Below, piece after piece: positions 46,764 to 55,124 of a stretch of DNA of 64,000 bases. The stretch covers positions 57,307 to 121,306 of the forward strand of contig CAVRSO010000105.1 of assembly GCA_963723845.1 (NCBI GenBank), in the 5' to 3' direction. This DNA comes from an uncultured Acidobacteriota bacterium. Its GTDB lineage: Bacteria; Acidobacteriota; Terriglobia; Acidiferrales; UBA7541. The notes below the pieces were generated by a model, which was given only the letters and a program-made list of their open reading frames with translations, ran no database searches and was not told where the DNA came from. The position numbers and the translations under genes were made by a program. Position 1 is the stretch's first letter. Each line of letters opens with the position of its first letter.

Positions 46764-47774
46764 ATGATACTGGCAAAGAATCAAACCGTCTTCCGTGAAG
46801 CGCTGCTTCCCGATGGCAAACGGCGGTGGCGCTCGTTCAGCGCAGGCTTCGGCCTGGAGTGTATCGCTGTGGCAGTGGTAGTGATACTTCCCCTGCTGAT
46901 GCCCCAAAAGTTCGAGGCCGTACAGCACTATTGGGTCACGCCTTTGGACGCGCCCGTAATTCAGCCGTGGAAGCCTCAGCCGCCGAAGCCGGCAGTCGTG
47001 AAACGTCGCGAGATTGTAAAGGAGCCTCCAAAGCCTGTACCGGTCGAGCTTCCGAAACCGAAAATCTATAATCCTGTCGTCACCGCGCCAGTAGTGAGAC
47101 AAGCCCGGAAGGTCCAGGCACCAGACATGGCCCAGGTCGCAAAAGCATTTCCGGATCCCCACCCTTCACTAGGAAGTTCGGCTCCTCCGACGTTGACAAA
47201 GCCTCGCGAACAGGTTCAAACGGGCGGTTTTGGCGATCCTAATGGCGTAGCAACCAACAAGAACACAAACCGTAATCCGAATATCGCGCAAGTCGGCGCT
47301 TGGGATATGCCTGTTGGGCCCGGAAACGGCAACGGTACTGGCGGCGCAAAAGGTGCTCGTGGCACCGTTGCGAGCGCAGGATTCGGAAATGGCGTCGCCA
47401 GCGGCAGTCCCGGCGGTGGAAGTCGTGGCGCTGTCCAGCAAGGCGGATTTGATGTAAAGGCGCCAGTGACTCCGGAAGTCAAGCGTACCGCCGCGCCTGC
47501 GAACACTAGGCCCGTCGAAATTTTGTCTGTGCCCAAACCCGTTTATACTCAGGAGGGCATTGCCAAAAAGATTGAAGGCGATGTGCTTGTGAAGGTGCTC
47601 TTTACCGCGTCTGGTGAAGTTAGAGTCGAGCGCGTGGTCCGCGGTCTCGGTTATGGGCTGGATGAATCGGCCGAGATGGCGGCGCGCCAGATTCGTTTTA
47701 AACCCGCGGAGCAGGATGGCCGCCCCGTGGATTACGCGGCGATCGCGCATATTACATTCGCATTGGCGTACTGA
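46764..47774 (+). CDS. tonB: TonB-family energy transducer
   Basis: N-terminal TM. Pro/Lys-rich spacer PQPPKPAVVKRREIVKEPPKPVPVELPKPK. C-terminal TonB domain KPVYTQEGIAKKIEGDVLVKVLFTASGEV...RFKPAEQDGRPV. Confidence 0.75.
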   Translation: MILAKNQTVFREALLPDGKRRWRSFSAGFGLECIAVAVVVILPLLMPQKFEAVQHYWVTPLDAPVIQPWKPQPPKPAVVKRREIVKEPPKPVPVELPKPKIYNPVVTAPVVRQARKVQAPDMAQVAKAFPDPHPSLGSSAPPTLTKPREQVQTGGFGDPNGVATNKNTNRNPNIAQVGAWDMPVGPGNGNGTGGAKGARGTVASAGFGNGVASGSPGGGSRGAVQQGGFDVKAPVTPEVKRTAAPANTRPVEILSVPKPVYTQEGIAKKIEGDVLVKVLFTASGEVRVERVVRGLGYGLDESAEMAARQIRFKPAEQDGRPVDYAAIAHITFALAY

Positions 47775-47783
47775 AAGGGGAAC

Positions 47784-49535
47784 TTGATGCGCAGCTGGAA
47801 AACCCTCTCTCTGGCTATGGGATTGATTGGCGCCCTGGCCGGCGCAGCCCGAGCACAGACTCAGACGCAGCAGGCTGCGGATCCGGAGCGGCCACCGGCC
47901 GCAGCCGCGCAGACATCACCCGTTACCGTCAACCAGGCAATCGATAAAATCATCGCTCGTGAGCACCAGGAAAACACCACAATCCGTCGCTACAAGCCAA
48001 TCATTGAAACGTATATCCAGGACATGAAGCCTGATAAGAACATGGGCGCCATTCCGGTGAGCGACCACTACTACCTCGGCCAAGCCGATCTTGACAAGGG
48101 CGTTGTGGACGAGTCCATGCTTTCGAGGAAGAAAGGCAAGTTGGATCAGCTTAATCCAATATCGCACCTCGGCGGATTCTTTGAGGCCTCCTACGTTCCG
48201 GAAGGCTTCCTCCAAATGATTTATTTGGATACGAACTCGTTCGATCGCCAGCACTATCAGTTTGACTACATTGGCCGCCAGTTCCTCGGTGAAGTGCGTT
48301 GCCTCGTTTTCGACGTCACGCCTCTGCCTAAGTCCGGCAGAGGACGCTTTAAGGGCCGCATATGGGCAGAGGATCAGGGCTTCACAATCGTTCGTTTCAA
48401 TGGCGTCTATACGCCCGTCTCGGGACTCAACGGGTTCAACTTGCACTTCGATAGTTGGCGTACCAATCTTCAGCCCGGACTTTGGCTCCCCTCTTTTATT
48501 TTCAGCCAAGAATCTAACCTGAAGGACTTTCTCGGGAATCATGTGCGTTTCAAGTCTCAAACACGCTTGTGGGGATACGACCTGAAGGGTGTGGGCCGCC
48601 AGGAGGAATTCAGCCAGCTAACCATTGAGTCTCCTGATGCCATCCAGGAACAGGCGCCACCCGATCAAGACCGCTCTCCCATCGAGGCCGAAAGGGAGTG
48701 GCAGCACCAAGCAGAGCTCAATGTTCTTGATCGCCTGCAGCGCGTCGGTTTACTGTCGCCGCCTACCGATGTCGATAAGGTCCTCGAAACGGTTGTGAAC
48801 AATCTCGAGGTAACCAACAACCTCGATATCCAGCCGGAGGTCCATTGCCGTGTGCTGCTTACCAGCACACTGGAATCGTTTGCGATCGGCCATACCATCG
48901 TACTCAGCCGCGGCCTAATTGACGTTCTTCCCGATGAAGCCAGCCTGGCCACTATGCTCGCGCAAGAACTCGCAGACCTTCTCGTCACCAAGCCTTCCAC
49001 CGATCAGTGGGGCTTCAACGACATGACCAACGTTTCCACCGTGGAGGCGCTGAGCCATTTCTCGTTTAAAGACAGCCCTGAAGATGTGCAGGCCGCCGGA
49101 GCAAAGGCCGTCGAAATTCTCAAGAAATCTCCTTACAAGGACAAGCTCGGCAGCGCTGGCCTATTCCTGAAGCAACTGTCCGCCCAAGAGAAGGCTCTGC
49201 CTGCCTTGATCAACCCCCACATTGGCAACCGCGTGTTTATCTCTGACCAGTTGCTGGGCGCGGGGCCCGCACTCGCGCCTGATAAACTCGATCAGATTGC
49301 GGCGCTTCCCATTGGGGCGCGACTCAAGCTCGACCCCTGGACGGACCGCGTCGACCTGCTCAAGGCCAAGCCGGTTGCCCTGCTTTCGGCACGCGAGAAG
49401 ATGCCGTTCGAGATTACGCCATTCGAGCCGTTCCTCACGCGCTATGAAAAAGCCGCCTCTGCTTCCGCCGATCAAGAGAAACCGGACATCGCAAAACAAC
49501 AGCAGCAGCAATCTGCGCCGCCGCAACAGCAATAA
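47784..49535 (+). CDS. Secreted two-domain protein: LolA-like N-terminal half plus M48/BepA-like domain lacking the HExxH zinc site
   Basis: Signal peptide ..ALAGAARAQ. LolA-like segment GEVRCLVFDVTPLPKSGRGRFKGRIWAEDQGFTIVRFNG. ESFAIGHTIVLSRGLIDVLPDEASLATMLAQELADL aligns to the M48 core (NAFA..G..I.L..GL......E..LA.V.AHE..H), but H-E-x-x-H is Q-E-L-A-D. Gln-rich tail. Confidence 0.5.
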   Translation: MMRSWKTLSLAMGLIGALAGAARAQTQTQQAADPERPPAAAAQTSPVTVNQAIDKIIAREHQENTTIRRYKPIIETYIQDMKPDKNMGAIPVSDHYYLGQADLDKGVVDESMLSRKKGKLDQLNPISHLGGFFEASYVPEGFLQMIYLDTNSFDRQHYQFDYIGRQFLGEVRCLVFDVTPLPKSGRGRFKGRIWAEDQGFTIVRFNGVYTPVSGLNGFNLHFDSWRTNLQPGLWLPSFIFSQESNLKDFLGNHVRFKSQTRLWGYDLKGVGRQEEFSQLTIESPDAIQEQAPPDQDRSPIEAEREWQHQAELNVLDRLQRVGLLSPPTDVDKVLETVVNNLEVTNNLDIQPEVHCRVLLTSTLESFAIGHTIVLSRGLIDVLPDEASLATMLAQELADLLVTKPSTDQWGFNDMTNVSTVEALSHFSFKDSPEDVQAAGAKAVEILKKSPYKDKLGSAGLFLKQLSAQEKALPALINPHIGNRVFISDQLLGAGPALAPDKLDQIAALPIGARLKLDPWTDRVDLLKAKPVALLSAREKMPFEITPFEPFLTRYEKAASASADQEKPDIAKQQQQQSAPPQQQ

Positions 49536-49618
49536 AATTAGCGCCGCGCTCTTGCAGTATCGTTAACTAGGGCATCTTCGCCTTCCGCCGGACGTTTTTT
49601 TGTGGCACAAACACCCTT

Positions 49619-50083
49619 GTGCCCCCGGCTTTTCGCCTCCGAAAATATCAGCCCCAGGATTTTGAGGCGCTCTATGCAATCGACCAGGCGTGCTACCAGC
49701 CTGGAATCGCCTATTCTCGTCGAGACCTCCGCAACTATCTTCGCTTCCCAGGCGCCGACTGCCTGGTGGCCGAGAACGATAACCAAATCGCCGGATTCAT
49801 CCTTACCGCCCACGACGGCGATTGGGCCTACATCATCACCATCGATGTCCTCGAACCCCACCGACGTCACGGCGTCGGCACCATGATGCTGAGGGAAGCG
49901 GAGCGAGCGCTCTCCGCGAATGGCGTTCAACAGGTAGCGCTTGAAACGGCAACCAACAACGCCTCCGCCATTGCCTTCTGGAAAAAGCACGGATATCGTA
50001 CTCAGGGAATAAGAAAAGATTACTACCCAGGTGGCATCGACGCGTATTCGATGCTTAAGCAAATCGCTCAACCAGAGTTGTAG
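49619..50083 (+). CDS. GNAT-family N-acetyltransferase (RimI-like)
   Basis: 154 aa. Acetyl-CoA motif VLEPHRRHGVGTMML plus NNASAIAFWKKHGY. Confidence 0.75.
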   Translation: MPPAFRLRKYQPQDFEALYAIDQACYQPGIAYSRRDLRNYLRFPGADCLVAENDNQIAGFILTAHDGDWAYIITIDVLEPHRRHGVGTMMLREAERALSANGVQQVALETATNNASAIAFWKKHGYRTQGIRKDYYPGGIDAYSMLKQIAQPEL

Positions 50084-50143
50084 ATAGTGAATGTCATCTT
50101 GACCGCTAAAGCCTAAGCACCCGTCATTCTGTATGGAGGAATC

Positions 50144-51037
50144 TTGAACGATTATCTGCTCTCTGTCATCCTCGGCATCGTCGAAGGCCTCACGGAGTTC
50201 TTGCCGGTTAGCTCCACCGCGCATCTGCGCATCAGCGAGGCGCTGCTTCACATCAGCCTCAGCAGCGGCTACTGGAAGATGTACACCATCGTGATTCAGT
50301 TGGGCGCCATCCTGTGCCTTCCGATCTATTTTCGCGAGCGCATCGCCAAGTTCCTCTCCACGTTTCCCCGTGGTGAACGCGGCGACCGAACCGTGTGGAC
50401 CCATCCTCTGAGCCTGGTCGTCATCGCCTTCGTCGTCACCGCGATTCCGTCTCTGTTGCTCGTCAAAACCATTGGAAAACATCTCGAGAGCCTTTCCCTC
50501 ATGGGAAGTGCTCTGATAATCGGCGGCATCATCATGTGGATCGTCGATGCGATGAATGCGAAGTGGGAGGCGGCTGGCCCCGGCGCTTCAGGCAGTCGTA
50601 TCCGCACCTGGCACATGGAGGAAATGAGTCTCGGTCAGGCCGTGTGGATCGGCTTCTGCCAAATTTTCTCCGGAGTATTCCCGGGAACGTCGCGTTCGAT
50701 GTCCACCATCGCCGGAGGGCAAATTGCCGGAATGTCGCGCGCTTCGGCCCTGGAATTTTCGTTCTTCGTGTCGATGCCGGTCATGGCCGCCGCCACCCTC
50801 TATGATTTGCTGAAATCCGTCTACGGCAAGGGAGCAAATGCGGTGGGTGTCTCCGGGCTTGACGCGCACGGCTGGGTCGTCTTGGCTATCGGCTTCGTTG
50901 TCTCATTCATCGTCGCGTACGGCGCGGTCGCCTGGTTCATGGCCTGGGTCAGACGCCACGGTTTCGTCCCGTTCGCCATCTACCGGATTATCGCTGGCGC
51001 CGCTGTCCTATTCTGGATATCAAAGCTCGCGCAGTGA
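50144..51037 (+). CDS. uppP: Undecaprenyl-diphosphate phosphatase
   Basis: GIVEGLTEFLPVSSTAHL and PGTSRSMSTI motifs. TTG start after a GGAGGA SD. Confidence 0.9.
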   Translation: MNDYLLSVILGIVEGLTEFLPVSSTAHLRISEALLHISLSSGYWKMYTIVIQLGAILCLPIYFRERIAKFLSTFPRGERGDRTVWTHPLSLVVIAFVVTAIPSLLLVKTIGKHLESLSLMGSALIIGGIIMWIVDAMNAKWEAAGPGASGSRIRTWHMEEMSLGQAVWIGFCQIFSGVFPGTSRSMSTIAGGQIAGMSRASALEFSFFVSMPVMAAATLYDLLKSVYGKGANAVGVSGLDAHGWVVLAIGFVVSFIVAYGAVAWFMAWVRRHGFVPFAIYRIIAGAAVLFWISKLAQ

Positions 51038-51155
51038 TGTGCCTCCATGGCTTGTTTTGTAGCCGCTGGCTTGCCTGTTTCCGACCCTACTGCTAAACTG
51101 TCGCGGCAAGGGCTAAGCTGTTGCTCCTGCCATACCTCCTCTAAAAGGTCGTCTT

Positions 51156-51905
51156 ATGTCCGGACACTCGAAATGGGCCACAATCAAACACAAGAAAGCC
51201 GCCACTGACGCGCGCCGCGGCAAAATCTTCACCAAACTCATTCGCGAATTGACTATCGCCGCACGCACCGGCGGTTCCGATCCGGATACCAACCCTCGCC
51301 TCCGCACTGCCATTCTCGCGGCCAAGGGCGAAAACATGCCCAATGACAATATTGAGCGCGCCATCCAACGCGGCACCGGCGCGATCGAAGGCGAAACACT
51401 CGACGAAGTCACCTTCGAAGGCTACGGTCCGGGCGGAGTGGGCGTCCTCGTCCAAGTCGTCACCAGCAATCGCAACCGCATCGTCAGTGAAATCCGCCAC
51501 ATGTTTTCCAAAAATGGTGGCAACATGGCTGAAACCGGCGCCGTCGGATGGATGTTCGAGCGCAAGGGCGATATCGTCGTCCCCAAGGCTCAGGCGGACG
51601 AGGAAAAGATGATGTCCGTCGTCCTCGATGCGGGCGCAGAAGACTTGCGCGACGATGGCTCCTCCTGGGAAGTTACAAGTCCTCCCGAAGTGATGGAGAA
51701 AGTGCGCGAAGCGCTCGCCGCCGCGCAAATCACGCCGTCTTCCGCCGAAGTCGCCTGGGTGCCCAAAAATAACGTCAAGCTCAGCGGCGCCCAAGCCCAG
51801 CAGATGCTTCGCATGGTCGAAACTCTCGAGGATCACGACGACGTACAGCACGTTTACGCCAACTTCGATATCGACGAAAAAGAAATCGCCGCGATGGCGG
51901 GCTAG
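51156..51905 (+). CDS. yebC: YebC/PmpR-family transcriptional regulator
   Basis: MSGHSKWATIKHKKAATDARRGKIFTKL... Confidence 0.9.
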   Translation: MSGHSKWATIKHKKAATDARRGKIFTKLIRELTIAARTGGSDPDTNPRLRTAILAAKGENMPNDNIERAIQRGTGAIEGETLDEVTFEGYGPGGVGVLVQVVTSNRNRIVSEIRHMFSKNGGNMAETGAVGWMFERKGDIVVPKAQADEEKMMSVVLDAGAEDLRDDGSSWEVTSPPEVMEKVREALAAAQITPSSAEVAWVPKNNVKLSGAQAQQMLRMVETLEDHDDVQHVYANFDIDEKEIAAMAG

Positions 51906-52002
51906 TTCCGCGAAGCCCTCACCGCAGAGTGTCGAAGTGGTTCTCGCAGTGCGCTCACTATTGCGGCCCAAAGCCCGATTCTAGGTTAGAATCTCTCACC
52001 GG

Positions 52003-52500
52003 ATGCCCTCACCAACGAATAGGCCTGTCACGGCGATTTACCCGGGCTCATTTGATCCGGTGACCAACGGCCATCTGGACCTGATCGCTCGCGGCGCCAT
52101 GATTTTCGATAAGCTGATCGTCGCTGTGGCGCGCAACCTCGATAAGGATCCGCTCTTCCCGGTCAAGGAACGCGTCGAGATGCTCGAAGCCGTCACCTTC
52201 GATTGGAAGAATGTGGAAGTGGAAATCTTCGAGGGCCTGCTGATGGATTACGCGAGGGCGCGAAACGCGAGCGTAGTCCTCAGGGGAATTCGCGCCGTCT
52301 CGGATTACGAATACGAACTGCAAATGGCGATGATGAACCGCAAGATCGAGCCGCAAATTGAGACCGTCTTCATGCTACCGGGCGAGGCGTACAGCTATCT
52401 GAGTTCGCGGCTCGTTAAAGAGCTTGCCAGGCTCGGCGGCCCCGTAAAAGGACTTGTTCCCCCGCTGGTAGAGCAACGCCTGCGGGCCAAAGTCACCTGA
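52003..52500 (+). CDS. coaD: Phosphopantetheine adenylyltransferase
   Basis: IYPGSFDPVTNGHLD and VLRGIRAVSDYEYE. Confidence 0.9.
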   Translation: MPSPTNRPVTAIYPGSFDPVTNGHLDLIARGAMIFDKLIVAVARNLDKDPLFPVKERVEMLEAVTFDWKNVEVEIFEGLLMDYARARNASVVLRGIRAVSDYEYELQMAMMNRKIEPQIETVFMLPGEAYSYLSSRLVKELARLGGPVKGLVPPLVEQRLRAKVT

Positions 52501-52634
52501 ACGTAAATCGCCGGTGCGCGCATATTTCTCGGGCCAATTTGGCCTCACGAAATCAATCACTTTAGTTTTCGGCTCCCATTCGCTGAGCTACAATAGACTG
52601 GATTGTTGTTCCACATCACATGGAAGGATAGGAA

Positions 52635-53846
52635 ATGGAACCGGCCACAGCCGTGAAAACTGAAGAAATCTTTCGGCTAGCTGACCGCGTAAATCGCATC
52701 AGCCCGTCGCCCACAATGGTCGTGTTGCAAGCCGCCGAGCAACTGAAATCCCAAGGCGTCGACGTCGCCGACTTCGGCGCTGGCGAGCCTGACTTTCCGA
52801 CCCCGGAGCACATCAAGCGCGCCGCGATCCAGGCGCTCGACGAAAATCGCACCAAGTACACGCCGGTGCCGGGCATTCCCGCTCTACGCCAGGCGATTTG
52901 CGAATGGCACGCGCGCGAACTCGGCTCCTCATATCAGCCCGCCGAGTGCGTGGTCAACGTCGGCGGCAAGCATTCCATCTTCAACGCCGTCTGCTGCCTG
53001 ATCAACTCCGGCGACGAAGTCATCATTCCTTCGCCGTATTGGGTCAGCTATCCCGACATCGTGAAATACGCCGGTGGCAAGCCCGTCATTCTCACCACCA
53101 CCGCCGAAGATAACTTCGTGCTGCGCGCCGCGGATCTCGAAAAATTAATCACGCCGCGCACGCGCATGGTCATCGCCGATTCGCCAAGCAATCCCTCCGG
53201 CGCCGTGATCCCGCCGGACGAATTCGAGAAAGTTCTCGCCGTCTGCCAGCGCCATGGCGTTTGGCTTCTCGCCGACGAGTGTTACTCGCACTTCACTTAC
53301 GGCGACGCCAAGCCGTTCTCGATTGCCAGCATCTCCGGCTCGAAAAACAGTCTCATCATCGTCGGATCGTTTTCCAAAACTTTTGCGATGACAGGCTGGC
53401 GCCTCGGCTACGTGCTTGCTCCTCAGCCCCTGATCGCCGCCATCACAAAGTTGCAGGGCCAGTCCACGTCCAATCCCACGTCGATCACGCAATACGCCGC
53501 ACTTGCTGCGATGCGCGGGCCGATGGACTCGGTCGCCAAAATGCTCTCTGAATATGCGCGCCGCCGCGAACGCATCGTCAACGGTCTGCGCGCAATTCCT
53601 GGCGTCACCTGCACGGCGCCCCAAGGTGCGTTCTACGTGTTTCCGAATATTTCGGCGCATTACAACGCCGAAATGCCCAACGACATGGTGGTCTCGAAGC
53701 TGTTGCTCGAACGCGAGCACGTCGCCCTTGTCCCCGGCGAAGCCTTCGGCGCGCCCGGGTTCCTGCGGCTTTCCTACGCCACGTCGCTCGACCGCATCGA
53801 TGAGGGTCTGCGCCGCCTCAGCCGCTTCTTCGGGCAAGCGAGGTAG
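52635..53846 (+). CDS. Class I PLP-dependent aminotransferase (aspartate aminotransferase-like)
   Basis: GEPDFPTP, PSNPSG and PLP-Lys SFSKTFAMTGWRLGY. Confidence 0.85.
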   Translation: MEPATAVKTEEIFRLADRVNRISPSPTMVVLQAAEQLKSQGVDVADFGAGEPDFPTPEHIKRAAIQALDENRTKYTPVPGIPALRQAICEWHARELGSSYQPAECVVNVGGKHSIFNAVCCLINSGDEVIIPSPYWVSYPDIVKYAGGKPVILTTTAEDNFVLRAADLEKLITPRTRMVIADSPSNPSGAVIPPDEFEKVLAVCQRHGVWLLADECYSHFTYGDAKPFSIASISGSKNSLIIVGSFSKTFAMTGWRLGYVLAPQPLIAAITKLQGQSTSNPTSITQYAALAAMRGPMDSVAKMLSEYARRRERIVNGLRAIPGVTCTAPQGAFYVFPNISAHYNAEMPNDMVVSKLLLEREHVALVPGEAFGAPGFLRLSYATSLDRIDEGLRRLSRFFGQAR

Positions 53847-53878
53847 CGATCAGCAAAGCATCTCCATGTCCCGCGCGC

Positions 53879-54865
53879 TTGGAGCCTATCTTCAGCCCGC
53901 GCCCCTGGGGGTCGCTTTCACTCGCGCCGTTTTTCCCTGCAATGTCCAATCTCGCCGAGCCGATCGGCGAGGCTTGGATGACAGGCGATGAGTCCCGTTT
54001 CGCAAGCGGCCCCTACGCCGGCCAAAAACTTGGCGATGTCTGGCCCGCCATGTCCGCCGAATGGAAGGGCACTAGCCTGGGCAGTGCCCGCGCCTTTCCT
54101 CTGCTGATTAAATTTATCTTCGCGGAAGACAAGCTCTCGGTGCAGGTCCATCCGGACGATGAATATGCCTCTCAGCACGAGCAAGCCGCTGGCGGCCGCG
54201 GAAAAACGGAGATGTGGTATGCGGTCCGCGCGCAGTCAGGCGCCGAAGTGCTCGTCGGCCTGAAGCCAAGCGTCACTCGCGAAAATTTCGAGCGCGCCAT
54301 CGCCGATGGCACGGCTGAGACTTGCCTCGAGCGCGTTCCTCTAAAGACGGGCGACGCCATTTTTGTTCCAGCTCGCACTGCGCACACCATCGGCCCCGGA
54401 CTGGTGCTCTGCGAAATTCAGCAGAACTCTGATCTCACCTATCGTGTCTACGATTACAACCGGCGCGACGCGCAAGGCCGCTCCCGCGAGTTGCATATCG
54501 AAAAGGCTCTCGATGTGATTCGGTTTGGCGAACAGCGCGGAGGGAAAATCCAGGCGCCGCAAATCCATCGCGGCCCGGTTGCCGAAACTCGCCTCGCCGC
54601 TTGCGAATACTTCACCACGGAGCGATGGGAATTTGGCGAACGCATCGAGTGCGTCACCTCACGCGAGCACTTCGACGTCCTGATTTTCCTCGAAGGAACC
54701 GGAACCATTCACTGGGGTGACAATCACGAAGCCTATGGACCCGCGCAAGTCTGGCTAATTCCCGCCGCTCTCGGAGAGTACGAATTGCATCCTAACGCGC
54801 CGAACGCCGCGCGGCCATCGCCCACGTCCCTTCTCCTCCATACCCACGTCCCCTCGCGGTCGTAG
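53879..54865 (+). CDS. manA: Type I mannose-6-phosphate isomerase (cupin)
   Basis: PRPWGS, LSVQVHPDDEYA, KTEMWY and FVPARTAHTIG. TTG start. Confidence 0.7.
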   Translation: MEPIFSPRPWGSLSLAPFFPAMSNLAEPIGEAWMTGDESRFASGPYAGQKLGDVWPAMSAEWKGTSLGSARAFPLLIKFIFAEDKLSVQVHPDDEYASQHEQAAGGRGKTEMWYAVRAQSGAEVLVGLKPSVTRENFERAIADGTAETCLERVPLKTGDAIFVPARTAHTIGPGLVLCEIQQNSDLTYRVYDYNRRDAQGRSRELHIEKALDVIRFGEQRGGKIQAPQIHRGPVAETRLAACEYFTTERWEFGERIECVTSREHFDVLIFLEGTGTIHWGDNHEAYGPAQVWLIPAALGEYELHPNAPNAARPSPTSLLLHTHVPSRS

Positions 54866-54918
54866 GGGCACAGCCCGCCGCGGCGGGTGCCCGGCGACAA
54901 TACTTGGCTACCTGTCCG
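54859..54918 (+). repeat. Intergenic repeat family 1 (best copy)
   Basis: GTCGTAGGGGCACAGCCCGCCGCGGCGGGTGCCCGGCGACAATACTTGGCTACCTGTCCG with the perfect palindrome CCCGCCGCGGCGGG. It starts inside the last manA codons and stop codon. Confidence 0.75.
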
Positions 54919-54960
54919 CAATCCGCCCCGCTCAAACGGGCGCGACGCCTTGATTAAGCC

Positions 54961-55035
54961 GTCATCCTGAGCGGAGTCCCGCGCTTTTTTCTTCGCGCGG
55001 TGTTTGCGCGGCGCGGGACGCAGTCGAAGGACCTC
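54961..55035 (+). repeat. Intergenic repeat family 2 (best copy)
   Basis: GTCATCCTGAGCGGAGTCCCGCGC-(loop)-GCGCGGGACGCAGTCGAAGGACCTC, with the inverted repeat GTCCCGCGC/GCGCGGGAC. Confidence 0.7.
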
Positions 55036-55124
55036 TCTTCGATGTAACGCCCGCCGCCGCCCCCATTCGCATGGCGATCGTCCAAATTAGCGCTGCTGAA
55101 ACTCTCAGGAAAACAAGAAAGGAA

